This document shows, in pieces, positions 29,006 through 38,443 of a DNA stretch of 64,000 nt. The first letter of the stretch is position 1; each line of letters opens with the position of its first letter. The stretch covers positions 1,162-65,161 of the forward strand of contig JACPGS010000007.1 in assembly GCA_016189025.1 (NCBI GenBank). The letters are read 5' to 3'. The stretch comes from Candidatus Magasanikiibacteriota bacterium (GTDB lineage Bacteria > Patescibacteriota > Patescibacteriia > Magasanikbacterales > GWA2-37-8). The position numbers and the translations under genes were made by a program. Under the pieces are notes generated by a model that ran no database searches, was not told where the DNA came from, and was given only the letters and a program-made list of their open reading frames with translations.

Positions 29006-31034
29006 GATTAGCCACCTGAATTCCCTGGTCGTCAAATGCCAGACCAGCTTCCCTAGCGCGCTCCAACACCGCGAGCGCGTTTTTAGTTTGCCCCAAAAAA
29101 TAATAGAGATAAGCCAGGCGCCAGTAGTTTTCTCCGATCCGCGCATTATCGCTGATGGCGCTTTCCAATAAAGTAACGGCCTCTGGCCCCTTGCCCAGCT
29201 GGGCTTTGATGCCGGAGAGCGCGTAAATAAGCTGCTGGCGCCGCGGCGAAAATTGACGCGCCGTTTCCAAATACTGCTCGGCTTCCAGCCAGTAGCGCGG
29301 ATCGCCGCTCCCTACCGCGGCAAATTGCCCTAGTTGCGCCAGCGTCATGTGATTGCGAATGTCACGCGGGTGCAGGGTAACGTTGGTTTGAAGCTCGCCG
29401 TAAATTAACCGCACCATTTCCAAGGCCCGGTCGCGGCCCAGCGCTTCGGCTTGGCTGCTCCCGAGCAGACTGATGATGGAGCGGGCAATGTCGCTCCGGA
29501 TATCGTCAATATGCGGCGAAGAGAATTGTAGGTCCGTGCGTAAAACGCCAAGGGCCGCCAGCGGATCGCGCGCCAGCATCTCCAAAAGCGCAAGCGTTTT
29601 TTGGTTGGCGCGCGCCGGTTGCAGGTTAAAAATAAAAATAACTACCAAAGCGGCGACGGCCGCTCCCCCTACCCAGGCAACCGGGGCCTGGGCGCCGGAG
29701 GGCGGCGCCGCGGAAAAACGGCGCCGCGGCTCGGCCGGCTCCGGATTAACGGCCGGGGCAACCCCGGCGCCTTCTACCAGCGCCAGCCAGAACATAAAAT
29801 ACAAATAAGAAGTGGGATTTTCAAAAACGGTGATATTCTGAAGCAAATGGGCGATTAAAAACGCCCCGCCGGCGAGCGTTACGGAAATGGTTTCGGTACG
29901 CACCCGGCGGCGCAGTAAAATCAAGAGCGCGGTAATAAAAATGGCCAGATAACTGACAATCCCCACTGCCCCCTGCACGGTAAGAGTATTGAGAATAATG
30001 TTGTGGGCATTGTCAAACCAGGTTTCGCCGGGCCCAAATTCCAGAGAGCGCGGATTATAATGCTGATTAAAAGCGTAAAAATAATTATTCGGCCCCCAGC
30101 CGAACACCGGCCGCTCGCGCCAGGATTCCACGGCAATCTGCCAAGCGATCAGCCGGGTGCTGCCGGTGCCGCTGTAGAGGGAAGAGTTGAGCAGGCGCCC
30201 CAGGGTAGGAATATTGCGGACAAAATCCGTGCGGCGATAATAATAGAAGATGCCGAGAATTACCACGGCCAATACCGCCGCTCCGCCGCAGAGCTGGCGC
30301 AGGCGCGGCCGGCCACTGGCTAAAATCGCTCCCCCCACGGTTAAACTGGCAATGCCGACAATCCAGCCCAAGAGCGAGCCGCGCGTGCCGCTGTAAAACA
30401 TTCCTAAAAAAGCCAATACTCCCAATGCCCCCGCTACCCCCCGCCACACATTATTGCGCTCGCGGAATACCAAGAGCAGTGCCACAAAGAACAAAAACAG
30501 TCCGTAGCCGCCGACGTAAATCGGGTTGCCGAGGGTGCTGGCCGTGCGGTCGCTGCCTTGGTTCAACAGCAGATCCGGGTTGCCTACCTGCAACAGGGCA
30601 ATGATCATGACGATTGATCCGGCCGCCAAAAATCCCCACAGCGCTAAACGCCACTCGCCCCAGGAGCGGAATACCCCCCGGCAGATAAAAAAATACACCA
30701 GATAGTGCAGAATGGTGAATAAACCAAGCATCCGCTCGTGGTTATCCCAAAAACTGTGATAGGCGTCAACCCCCAGGATGGTAGAAACAGTAAAGCTGGC
30801 GCCCCAGGCTAAGAGCGCCCAGCTTAAAGGCGAGAGCCGGGGGCGATAGCGCTCCCAATCGTGAACTAACAGCGCGATATAAAACGCCAGGGCAAAGATA
30901 ATGAGCGTGCGCAGCAGCAGCACTTTGGGGACAATAAAAGGGAAAATAAACGAGGACGGCACGACGACGAGCGGCACGAAAAAAGTGGCATAGATAAACC
31001 CTTTCACGATTCGCTCCAGAGTAGAAGTTGACAT
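28962..31034 (-). CDS. O-antigen ligase (Wzy_C)-family protein with C-terminal TPR
   Basis: STLGNP, SGTRGS, FGWGPNNY, DNAHN; TPR-like tail. Confidence 0.85.
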   Translation of the reverse strand: MSTSTLERIVKGFIYATFFVPLVVVPSSFIFPFIVPKVLLLRTLIIFALAFYIALLVHDWERYRPRLSPLSWALLAWGASFTVSTILGVDAYHSFWDNHERMLGLFTILHYLVYFFICRGVFRSWGEWRLALWGFLAAGSIVMIIALLQVGNPDLLLNQGSDRTASTLGNPIYVGGYGLFLFFVALLLVFRERNNVWRGVAGALGVLAFLGMFYSGTRGSLLGWIVGIASLTVGGAILASGRPRLRQLCGGAAVLAVVILGIFYYYRRTDFVRNIPTLGRLLNSSLYSGTGSTRLIAWQIAVESWRERPVFGWGPNNYFYAFNQHYNPRSLEFGPGETWFDNAHNIILNTLTVQGAVGIVSYLAIFITALLILLRRRVRTETISVTLAGGAFLIAHLLQNITVFENPTSYLYFMFWLALVEGAGVAPAVNPEPAEPRRRFSAAPPSGAQAPVAWVGGAAVAALVVIFIFNLQPARANQKTLALLEMLARDPLAALGVLRTDLQFSSPHIDDIRSDIARSIISLLGSSQAEALGRDRALEMVRLIYGELQTNVTLHPRDIRNHMTLAQLGQFAAVGSGDPRYWLEAEQYLETARQFSPRRQQLIYALSGIKAQLGKGPEAVTLLESAISDNARIGENYWRLAYLYYFLGQTKNALAVLERAREAGLAFDDQGIQVANLIRAAAGATGTAPR

Positions 31035-31052
31035 AATTACCGACTATGCTAA

Positions 31053-31745
31053 TTATTTGCTCTTTAAAATTTCCTCTAATTCTTTAATGATTTGCTGATA
31101 CCCCACATAGCGGGGAAAATTAGCGGTAAGCGTGCGGTAATCGGAGAGCGCCTCGGCGTAGAATCCGCGCCGGCGCAGATATTCGGCCCGGGCGATAATG
31201 AGCGGGGTGGGATTAAGCATTTTATTTAGGCCGGAATTTAATACCGCTACCACCTGTTCTTTGGGGCGATGCAGGCGATAATCTAACATTTCGGCCAGCG
31301 CCAGGTAGCTGCTCTCGTCCGCCGGAGAAATCTCAATCGCTTTGCGGAAATAACGCTCGGCCTTGGAAAAATCTTCCAGGCGTTCCGCCAGTTTGGCGGC
31401 GTTCAGATAAAACAAGATATTTTGTTCGCCGTATTTGACGATCCCTTTTTCGTACACGGCAAGCGAACGGCGGAAATAGGGCAAGGGAGAAGTGGTAGTC
31501 GCCAGCTCGCCGATACTCTTCCAGGCCAGCCCGGCATCAAAATAGCGGCGCACCTTTTCGGGGTCGGCCGCAATCTCGGCCTCGGCAGTCTTGGCTTCGC
31601 TGAATAACTTCAGCAATTCCGCGTTGCCAGTAATTGCCCGTTGCAGGGGCCGATCGCCGCTCTGCCGCCACACGATAGCGCTCGTTATCCCGATGAGGGC
31701 AATGACGCCGCTGATAATAAGTAGAAAACGCGTTTTCATAATCAT
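31053..31745 (-). CDS. Membrane-anchored TPR protein
   Basis: N-terminal TM; KAERYFRKAIEISP helical repeats. Confidence 0.75.
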   Translation of the reverse strand: MIMKTRFLLIISGVIALIGITSAIVWRQSGDRPLQRAITGNAELLKLFSEAKTAEAEIAADPEKVRRYFDAGLAWKSIGELATTTSPLPYFRRSLAVYEKGIVKYGEQNILFYLNAAKLAERLEDFSKAERYFRKAIEISPADESSYLALAEMLDYRLHRPKEQVVAVLNSGLNKMLNPTPLIIARAEYLRRRGFYAEALSDYRTLTANFPRYVGYQQIIKELEEILKSK

Positions 31746-31842
31746 TATTGCCTGTTATTTTATTTAGGATGGTAGGAAAGTAGGAGATGTAAAAAACTCT
31801 CTCGTTCGCCTACCATCCCTACGCGCCTACTATCCTACCGGC

Positions 31843-34086
31843 CTAATCTAACTGATACTCCTTAATAAACTTTTCCACCTCGCCATGGAGCGGCGGGAAC
31901 AGTTTCCGGATCGTTTCCGCCAGCTCGCGCGCCTTTATTTTGTCGCCCTGGACCGCGTAAGCAGCCGCCAGGCGCACGTACCACAGGGGATTCTCCGGCT
32001 CGGCGTTCAATAATTTCTGATAGCCTGCTATTACTCTACCATATTCTTTCGCGGTCGCCAATAGATCCAGCCAATGCAGGGTCTGATCGCGATTCAGCAG
32101 GTAGCCGAGGGCCGGCGCGCGATCAATCTCGGCCAGGGCGCGGACGCGATCGCCAGCCGCTTCGTAACCTAATCCTAAAAAGAAGTGGCTGATGCCGATT
32201 GAGGGATCAATATCCACCGCCTCTTGCAAAATCTCAATTCCTTGACGGAAACTCCCCGCCAATAAATAACGGCGCGCTGCTAAAAATAAAATATCCTGCT
32301 TGCGCGGTGAAAGAGCGCGCGCTGCTTCCAGGTACTTTCCCGCCTCTTCCCAGTAGCGCGGGTCAACCTGTTCGCCGAGCACCAGATAAATCTGCCCGGC
32401 CCAGATGGGGTAGCCGGCGGCCCCGGGGTGGCGGCGCGCGGCAAAGCCCAAGGCTTCGGCCAACCGGAGTGCGGTAGCAACCGTAGAGGAACTATTAAGG
32501 CGCACACCGGCCTGATCCAGGCGGACAAACTGCTCGGCGACAAATATCAATCCTTCATCCTGTTTGGGGGTGGTTAAAACCAAGGCGGAGGCCGCGGCTG
32601 AAGTCCACTGATTAGCGTCCGGCGCCGTGGCGGCCCGCTGCATCGCGCGTGCCGCGCGCCAGGGAACCAAATGCCATGCCCCTAACGAGTAAACCAGACC
32701 GGCCAAAAGTATTACGCTAGCCAAACCAACAATCGCGCCGGGCAATTTTCTCCCGTTGGCTAAACTGGCTGCCGGCTGCCGAGCCACGATACCGGATTGA
32801 CTGCCGAGCCAGGCCAAAATAAACCAAAACAACAGCAGCGAATTGCTGGTTTCAAATAAAAATAATAAGGAGACAAAATATCCCGCCAGCGTGACCGATA
32901 AAATAACGATTGCCCCGCGCAAAACCGCCTCCTGCTTTACTTTTCTAATCGCCCGCGCCAGCGCACTGCCATAAAGCGCCAGGTAAGCAAGTAAACCAGC
33001 TGCTCCGCTCCCCACCGCCACCTCCAGGGGAAAATTGTGCGGCTTATCCCAGACCGTTTCGGCAAATCCATACTGCAAAAAACGGGGACGGTAATATTTT
33101 AAAAACACCGGCTCAAAATTCCCCCAGCCCCAGCCCAAAAGAGGCCGCTCGCGCACTCCTTCTAGCGCGCTCCCCCAGGCGAGTAAGCGCGTTTCGCCCG
33201 TACCAGTAGTAAAACTGCGCCAATCAAACAAACGCGGTAAGAGAGAGAAACGCGCCGTGACAGTCGGTACGCCAGCCAGCCAAGCACCGCCTACCAGAAG
33301 CAAGATTATCGCCGCGAGCGCGGCAAGGCACCAACGCCGCGCCATAGGCAAAACCATCGCCCCGGCAATAAGCCCCATGATTAGCGCGATCAAAAAGCCG
33401 AGCAGTGGACCGCGACTGCCGCTGAAAAACAAGGCACTGATAATTAAAAATGCTCCGGCTACCACCAGGCTGCGCTTGGTTACTGACCAATTTCGCCAAT
33501 CGGCTGCCAAAGCTGCCAAGGCAATGCCTAGAGCCAACAACAGATACTCGGCGGCAAACGCCCGATTGCCGATAATACCCCCACCGGCAATACTTTGCCA
33601 GCTGGCAGGCAGGCGCGACTGTCCAAACATCGTTAAGGCTACCAGCGCGGCGACTATGGTCATCAGGACCAAAGCCCGCCCACGTTCCGGCTCGCGCGAG
33701 AGCAGGTATCGCCGCGCCAAGGCGTACCAGGCGCCAAAATGCCACCAGGTGAATACTCCGCTCGCGCGCGACAGATTGCCCCAAAAACTAAAAACCGGGT
33801 CACCCCCTAAAAGAGCGGTGGCCGTAATCACTGTCAAAAATGCCGCCACTGCCCAGTCCAGCCCGGTTAACCGCCTGACTATCCACCAAATGTCATTCCC
33901 GCGCCAGCGGGAATCCAGTCGCAGCCACCGCCAGCAATGCAAAAATAACGCTACCTCTACCACCGCTTGGAATAAAATCGTCTTGCCCAAATGCCAGCCA
34001 AAAAGCAACCCGGGCGTAATCGCCAGAGGGAGTAACAGCGTAAGGTAAAGCAGCCAAACAATAAAGCGGGAAATACGATCAGACAT
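31843..34086 (-). CDS. O-antigen ligase (Wzy_C)-family protein with C-terminal TPR
   Basis: SGSRGP, LGWGWGNF, DKPHN; TPR tail; paralog of 28962-31034. Confidence 0.85.
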   Translation of the reverse strand: MSDRISRFIVWLLYLTLLLPLAITPGLLFGWHLGKTILFQAVVEVALFLHCWRWLRLDSRWRGNDIWWIVRRLTGLDWAVAAFLTVITATALLGGDPVFSFWGNLSRASGVFTWWHFGAWYALARRYLLSREPERGRALVLMTIVAALVALTMFGQSRLPASWQSIAGGGIIGNRAFAAEYLLLALGIALAALAADWRNWSVTKRSLVVAGAFLIISALFFSGSRGPLLGFLIALIMGLIAGAMVLPMARRWCLAALAAIILLLVGGAWLAGVPTVTARFSLLPRLFDWRSFTTGTGETRLLAWGSALEGVRERPLLGWGWGNFEPVFLKYYRPRFLQYGFAETVWDKPHNFPLEVAVGSGAAGLLAYLALYGSALARAIRKVKQEAVLRGAIVILSVTLAGYFVSLLFLFETSNSLLLFWFILAWLGSQSGIVARQPAASLANGRKLPGAIVGLASVILLAGLVYSLGAWHLVPWRAARAMQRAATAPDANQWTSAAASALVLTTPKQDEGLIFVAEQFVRLDQAGVRLNSSSTVATALRLAEALGFAARRHPGAAGYPIWAGQIYLVLGEQVDPRYWEEAGKYLEAARALSPRKQDILFLAARRYLLAGSFRQGIEILQEAVDIDPSIGISHFFLGLGYEAAGDRVRALAEIDRAPALGYLLNRDQTLHWLDLLATAKEYGRVIAGYQKLLNAEPENPLWYVRLAAAYAVQGDKIKARELAETIRKLFPPLHGEVEKFIKEYQLD
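33891..33918 (+). repeat. ATTCCC-N8-GGGAAT short palindrome inside a CDS
   Basis: TGTCATTCCCGCGCCAGCGGGAATCCAG; related copies at 60382-60409 and 62360-62386. Confidence 0.75.
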
Positions 34087-34115
34087 AACAGCAGAGTAAG
34101 CCCGGTGTAAGCAAT

Positions 34116-34221
34116 AATGAGCGAGGGAAATGAGCGAGGGAGTGGTAGACGGGTTCCCTACGCGCGCACCCCCGCGTAGGCGGGGGGAGCACGGAGGGTG
34201 TCTACCACGACCGAGCGACCA
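34116..34221 (+). repeat. Family A structured core without TIRs
   Basis: AATGAGCGAGGGA (twice) GTGGTAGAC...CGCGCA-hairpin-GAGCAC...GTCTACCACGACCGAGCGACCA. Confidence 0.75.
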
Positions 34222-34272
34222 GGTTAGGGCATTTGGTATTCAGGGGTGTTACGATTGTACCACCGGCGCGGC

Positions 34273-34316
34273 AAAAAACAACCCCCCGCCAGCGCGCGCT
34301 GGCGGGGGGTGTTTTG
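34273..34316. terminator. Bidirectional intrinsic terminator downstream of the S-layer-like gene
   Basis: Palindrome ACCCCCCGCCAGCGCGCGCTGGCGGGGGGT with A- and T-rich flanks. Confidence 0.75.
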
Positions 34317-34478
34317 CCTGTTTAAGGGCTTTGCTAGTTGGCAAACTTCCTTAAACGGATCCAGTTATCCTTAACCTGGCTTGACTAAAATAGGAGGAGG
34401 ATCCCTTCACTGCGTTCAGGGCAAGCTCTTCGATCGCCCTGCCTTAAGCCGGGACTCCCTCCGGATGACAACCTATAA

Positions 34479-37400
34479 TTAGTAAGTGAGGGTCTTGGAC
34501 TGGAGCGGCAGGTCGGAGCCCATGGCAGTTACGTTCGTAGAGACGCCATCACCCCAGGTAACCTGGCCGCTGCCGATGCGCACCGAGAGACTGGGATTCG
34601 GATTGGTCGTCGTCTTGGTGGCGGCATCGGTGGTGTCCAAGGTGACGTGAATCGCCTTGGAAGCGCCCGAGGAAATCTGAAGATCGGTGAAGTTGGCATC
34701 GGTAATTGAAGAATTGCCATTGGCAGTGGTACCAGTACCAGTGCCTTGAGCAAAGGTCATGGAATATGCATAGTTGGTGGTAGCCAACAGGTTGGCGGTA
34801 GCCACGGAATCTTTGTATACCGTCAGGGCGCGCGTTGCCGCCACTCCCGCCGCCTGCGAGATGGTGGTGCCTAAGTTGAAGTTCATCAGCTGCACCGTGG
34901 CAGTGTGGCCTTCCACGTTCGCCTTGTTGGTAATCGTAAAGATTCCAACGGTCTGCGCGCTGTTCGGCGAGGAAGCGCTGGCGGTGGCGAGGAAGCTGGC
35001 ATCCCAGCCCACGGTGAGCTTGGCGCGGTACAAGGTAGTAGTGGGAGCGTGGGCGCCCAGGCTCAAACCGTATTGATTGGCGTTCGTCAGGAACGAAACG
35101 GTCGGGGAAATCGACACGCCGGATTGCATACCGGTCGCCGTGAACGGCGTAATGCTGCCCACATTGAAGGCCGAAAGAATTACGGGTTCAACGGTCTGGC
35201 CGGTAGTCGCGGCGCCGAGTTCGCCAAAGGTGGTAAAGTCAGCTATCAGCTTAATCTTCTTGGTGGCGCCCTTCGGAATCTCCAGATTAAGACCAGTGAA
35301 GGTGGCGTGCGAATAAGTGGTGGAAGCAGCCGAGGTGCCGGCAACAGAATCGCTGAAAGCAGACACGGTGCCGCCGATCTGGGTGCCGGTAACGTCATCC
35401 ACCAGCTTGACGTTCTTCATGGTGCCGGTGGCGCCGGTGGAGAAGCGCGCGCTTACCACGAATTGGGTAATCTTAATCGGCTCGGTGGTGCTCGCTTGCA
35501 GAGCAAACTTGGCAATGGTCTGATTCAGATCGCCCATCAGGTAGTTGTTGGCTACCGGCGAGTCTGAATCTACCGAGGCCATAAAGCTGCCTGCCGCGGC
35601 AATTTCCACATTCTGGAGCCGGACGGCCTGGCCGGTAAGGCTGGCGCTGGAGCCGGTAGTCTTGCCAGTAGCGGTCACACCGGTGAGGTTCAGGAGAGCC
35701 GTGGCGGAAAGCGTGGAAGACTTCACGTCCGCATACACATCCACCGTGTACTGGGCGCCGTTAGTAATAGTTACTGCCGGCGACACGTTAAAGGTGAAGG
35801 TGTTAACCGTGGAACAGGTGGTGGACGGGTTAGGCAAGGTCTGCCCCAGTTGCGTGCCAGCCGAATTCTTCAGCGTCAGGTTCTGCAGATAGGTGCCGGT
35901 ACAAGTATTGGCAGTGCGGTCGGCCAGGGTTATCTGCGAGACTTCTACATCTTCACCTGCCCCGGCGGTAATGACGAACGAGGCTACTTTGACGCTGCTG
36001 GCATTTACCGTGCCAGTCGGGTTAGCAGAAGATTTATCACCGAACGCTCCATTCATCGCCAGACTTACCGTGCCCGCCCGCACCGTCAGGGTGTTGGCGT
36101 TCTGGTTCACCGTGGTAAGGGAGGTAAGCGAGGTCATGCCCTGGGCATTGTTGCTGGTGCCGACCAGGCCGACCACAAAGGTTTCGCCGGCGACTACGGT
36201 GTCGTTGGTGGTGTCGGCGTCTACCGTTACGGTAACGGTTTTGCCGGCTTTAATCACAAAGCTGCTGCCAAACGATCCCCAGCCGCTGTTGGAGGCGCCG
36301 TTGGCAGTTAAGCTGGAGATGGTGGAGCCCACTTGCGAGCCGTCTATCTTCAGGCGGACATTGGCTAATATGTTGTCTACCGAACCAGCTGAAGTGGAAG
36401 ACACATTCAGGCTGGTGATTTTAACGTTTTCACCATTGGCTTTCCACAGGAATTTAGCCAGGGTAATGGTGGTAGCCGCATCGGCAATGTTGCCGCTCGG
36501 CGAATCGGCGGGCACAGTCTGGGTAAGCGTGCCAACGTTAATGGAGTAATCCACCGCGGTGCTGCCGGTAACGGGCTGAATCACCGTAAAGGTGTCGGTG
36601 CCGTTAGACTTGAGGAAGACGTTATAGCCCTTATCGTAGACCACGAAGTCGCCCGCGTTCTGCAAACTGGCGCGGAAAGTGCGGTTGGTACCGCCAACGA
36701 TGTCCAGCTTGAAGCTTATATTCTTAACCTGGCCCTTAGTTACCAGGTAGGGCGCGGCGCTCAAGTCAAAGGTGATGGATTTGTCCGTCGCCATTTCTGG
36801 TACGGTAGAACCAATCTGCTTGCCGCCTTCCCACAGACTAAAATTGGCGAGGTCGCCGACGCTGACTGAACCGACGATGGTTAAGGTCAGTTTGCGCACT
36901 TCGGTGTCCTGGTCGCCGTTGGTGAGGGAAAACCGCCAGGCCTCAAAGCCCGTGGTACCCGGATCAACTGTGCCGTTCGCCGAAGGAGACTGGGTAGCCA
37001 GCAGCAGGTAACCGAGGTCAGAAACCAGCGCCGTGGTAAAGGTGTTACCCGTTACCGGATAGCTCCCGCCCACCGAGGTGGAATTGGAAACTACCGCCTC
37101 CTTGTTCTCTACCGCAAAGCTAAGGGTCTTGCCGGCAGACGTATTGTTGCGCAGGTCAAGTTTAACCGTTATGCTCTTACTGGAGCCCTTGGCAACGGTA
37201 AAGAGGCCGGCGCTCTTGGTGAAGGTAATATAGCTGTTGGATACGGTCGGGTTGCTGCCGGCCATAATATCTCCGTCGTACAGGTACATATTGCTGATAT
37301 CTGTATCGGCAGAAACGCCACCCCGCTTCAGCTTGACGCTGGTAACTTTCACATCGCCATCGCTGCCGGCGGCAAAGGCCAACTTCATTACCGAAATCAT

Positions 37401-38270
37401 GCCCTGACCACCGGTATTGCCGCTCGTATCCGAGTCGGTAACCACGGTCGCCGCAAACGGAGTGTCCGCCGCGAGCGATACGTTAAGCGCGCCGCCCGGA
37501 GTGGATGTGGCAGTTGTTGGCCCTCCCACGACTACTACCCCACCGCTCTGGGTTTTGTCGGTCCAGGCCTTTACTTCGGCCGAAACCGCTTCACCGGTGG
37601 AAACACCGATAACTGCCGAATCCGGCACGGTGCGGACGTACTTAGAGAGGAAGCCGTTCGCGGTCATGCCGCTCTCGGAAACCTCGCGCAGTTTGCCCTC
37701 GGAATCAACATACCAGGTTTTACCGGCATTCTTGACGAGCATGCCGGGGTGCACCTTGGCCTCGGAAATAGCCGGGCCGCGGTTCACGTAGTTCGGCCAG
37801 TCGCGATCGTCAATAGTGTAAGCCTTGAAGTTGGTGCCGTAGAGCACTTTGGCCGCTTCCATAGTGATGGGCGCTAAGGTGTTACCCGGCTCAAGTACAT
37901 AGAGCTGATCCGAAGCAACGCGCTTCACGACCAAGGTGCCCGGGCGGAAGTTAACTCCCACCGGGAAGCCACTCGGCGCCATCAGGGTGTCAAAACACTC
38001 CTGGGTAACGGTAATATAGCCGCCGTAGTTAAGCCGCCAGGTCTTGAACTGATCGCCGCTCCAGAAATAGAGGTACTTGCCATCATTGTTAATGGCGTAG
38101 ATAGGGGGTTTGCCTTTCACTTTAATCATGTCACCCGCGTTAAGGGTGGGGCAAGCGGCGGCGAGCGCTGCCGAAGGCAGCAAGGCCGAAACGCCTACCG
38201 ACCACATGATGGTGGTGAAAGTTACCCCGATTGAGGTAATTTTCTTAAGCAATTTAAAGATATTGGACAT
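34479..38270 (-). CDS. Large secreted Thr/Ser/Gly/Val-rich surface protein (S-layer-like)
   Basis: 1263 aa, signal peptide, repeated beta-rich modules, biased codon usage suggesting high expression. Confidence 0.7.
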   Translation of the reverse strand: MSNIFKLLKKITSIGVTFTTIMWSVGVSALLPSAALAAACPTLNAGDMIKVKGKPPIYAINNDGKYLYFWSGDQFKTWRLNYGGYITVTQECFDTLMAPSGFPVGVNFRPGTLVVKRVASDQLYVLEPGNTLAPITMEAAKVLYGTNFKAYTIDDRDWPNYVNRGPAISEAKVHPGMLVKNAGKTWYVDSEGKLREVSESGMTANGFLSKYVRTVPDSAVIGVSTGEAVSAEVKAWTDKTQSGGVVVVGGPTTATSTPGGALNVSLAADTPFAATVVTDSDTSGNTGGQGMISVMKLAFAAGSDGDVKVTSVKLKRGGVSADTDISNMYLYDGDIMAGSNPTVSNSYITFTKSAGLFTVAKGSSKSITVKLDLRNNTSAGKTLSFAVENKEAVVSNSTSVGGSYPVTGNTFTTALVSDLGYLLLATQSPSANGTVDPGTTGFEAWRFSLTNGDQDTEVRKLTLTIVGSVSVGDLANFSLWEGGKQIGSTVPEMATDKSITFDLSAAPYLVTKGQVKNISFKLDIVGGTNRTFRASLQNAGDFVVYDKGYNVFLKSNGTDTFTVIQPVTGSTAVDYSINVGTLTQTVPADSPSGNIADAATTITLAKFLWKANGENVKITSLNVSSTSAGSVDNILANVRLKIDGSQVGSTISSLTANGASNSGWGSFGSSFVIKAGKTVTVTVDADTTNDTVVAGETFVVGLVGTSNNAQGMTSLTSLTTVNQNANTLTVRAGTVSLAMNGAFGDKSSANPTGTVNASSVKVASFVITAGAGEDVEVSQITLADRTANTCTGTYLQNLTLKNSAGTQLGQTLPNPSTTCSTVNTFTFNVSPAVTITNGAQYTVDVYADVKSSTLSATALLNLTGVTATGKTTGSSASLTGQAVRLQNVEIAAAGSFMASVDSDSPVANNYLMGDLNQTIAKFALQASTTEPIKITQFVVSARFSTGATGTMKNVKLVDDVTGTQIGGTVSAFSDSVAGTSAASTTYSHATFTGLNLEIPKGATKKIKLIADFTTFGELGAATTGQTVEPVILSAFNVGSITPFTATGMQSGVSISPTVSFLTNANQYGLSLGAHAPTTTLYRAKLTVGWDASFLATASASSPNSAQTVGIFTITNKANVEGHTATVQLMNFNLGTTISQAAGVAATRALTVYKDSVATANLLATTNYAYSMTFAQGTGTGTTANGNSSITDANFTDLQISSGASKAIHVTLDTTDAATKTTTNPNPSLSVRIGSGQVTWGDGVSTNVTAMGSDLPLQSKTLTY

Positions 38271-38388
38271 AATTTAATTAAGTAATTATGGTGCCGGGTC
38301 AGCGGAAGGTTTCCGCCTTCTCCGGCGCACAAGTGATCAGGCAAGTCCGATATGGACTCTCGACCTTGCGGCGCTGATCAGATTGACA

Positions 38389-38443
38389 ATTTTTCCCTCT
38401 CCCTGCTGTCCGGAAACATTCCGGACAGCAGGGAATAGAAAAA
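38389..38443 (-). terminator. Hairpin/terminator after the DUF5667-like gene
   Basis: TCCCTGCTGTCCGGAA-ACA-TTCCGGACAGCAGGGA. Confidence 0.6.

Noticed and set aside
34774-37791. Multiple plus-strand ORFs opposite the S-layer-like gene, and similar shadow ORFs across the window
   Set aside because: Antisense shadows expected from GC-rich, biased codon usage; they have no recognisable motifs.
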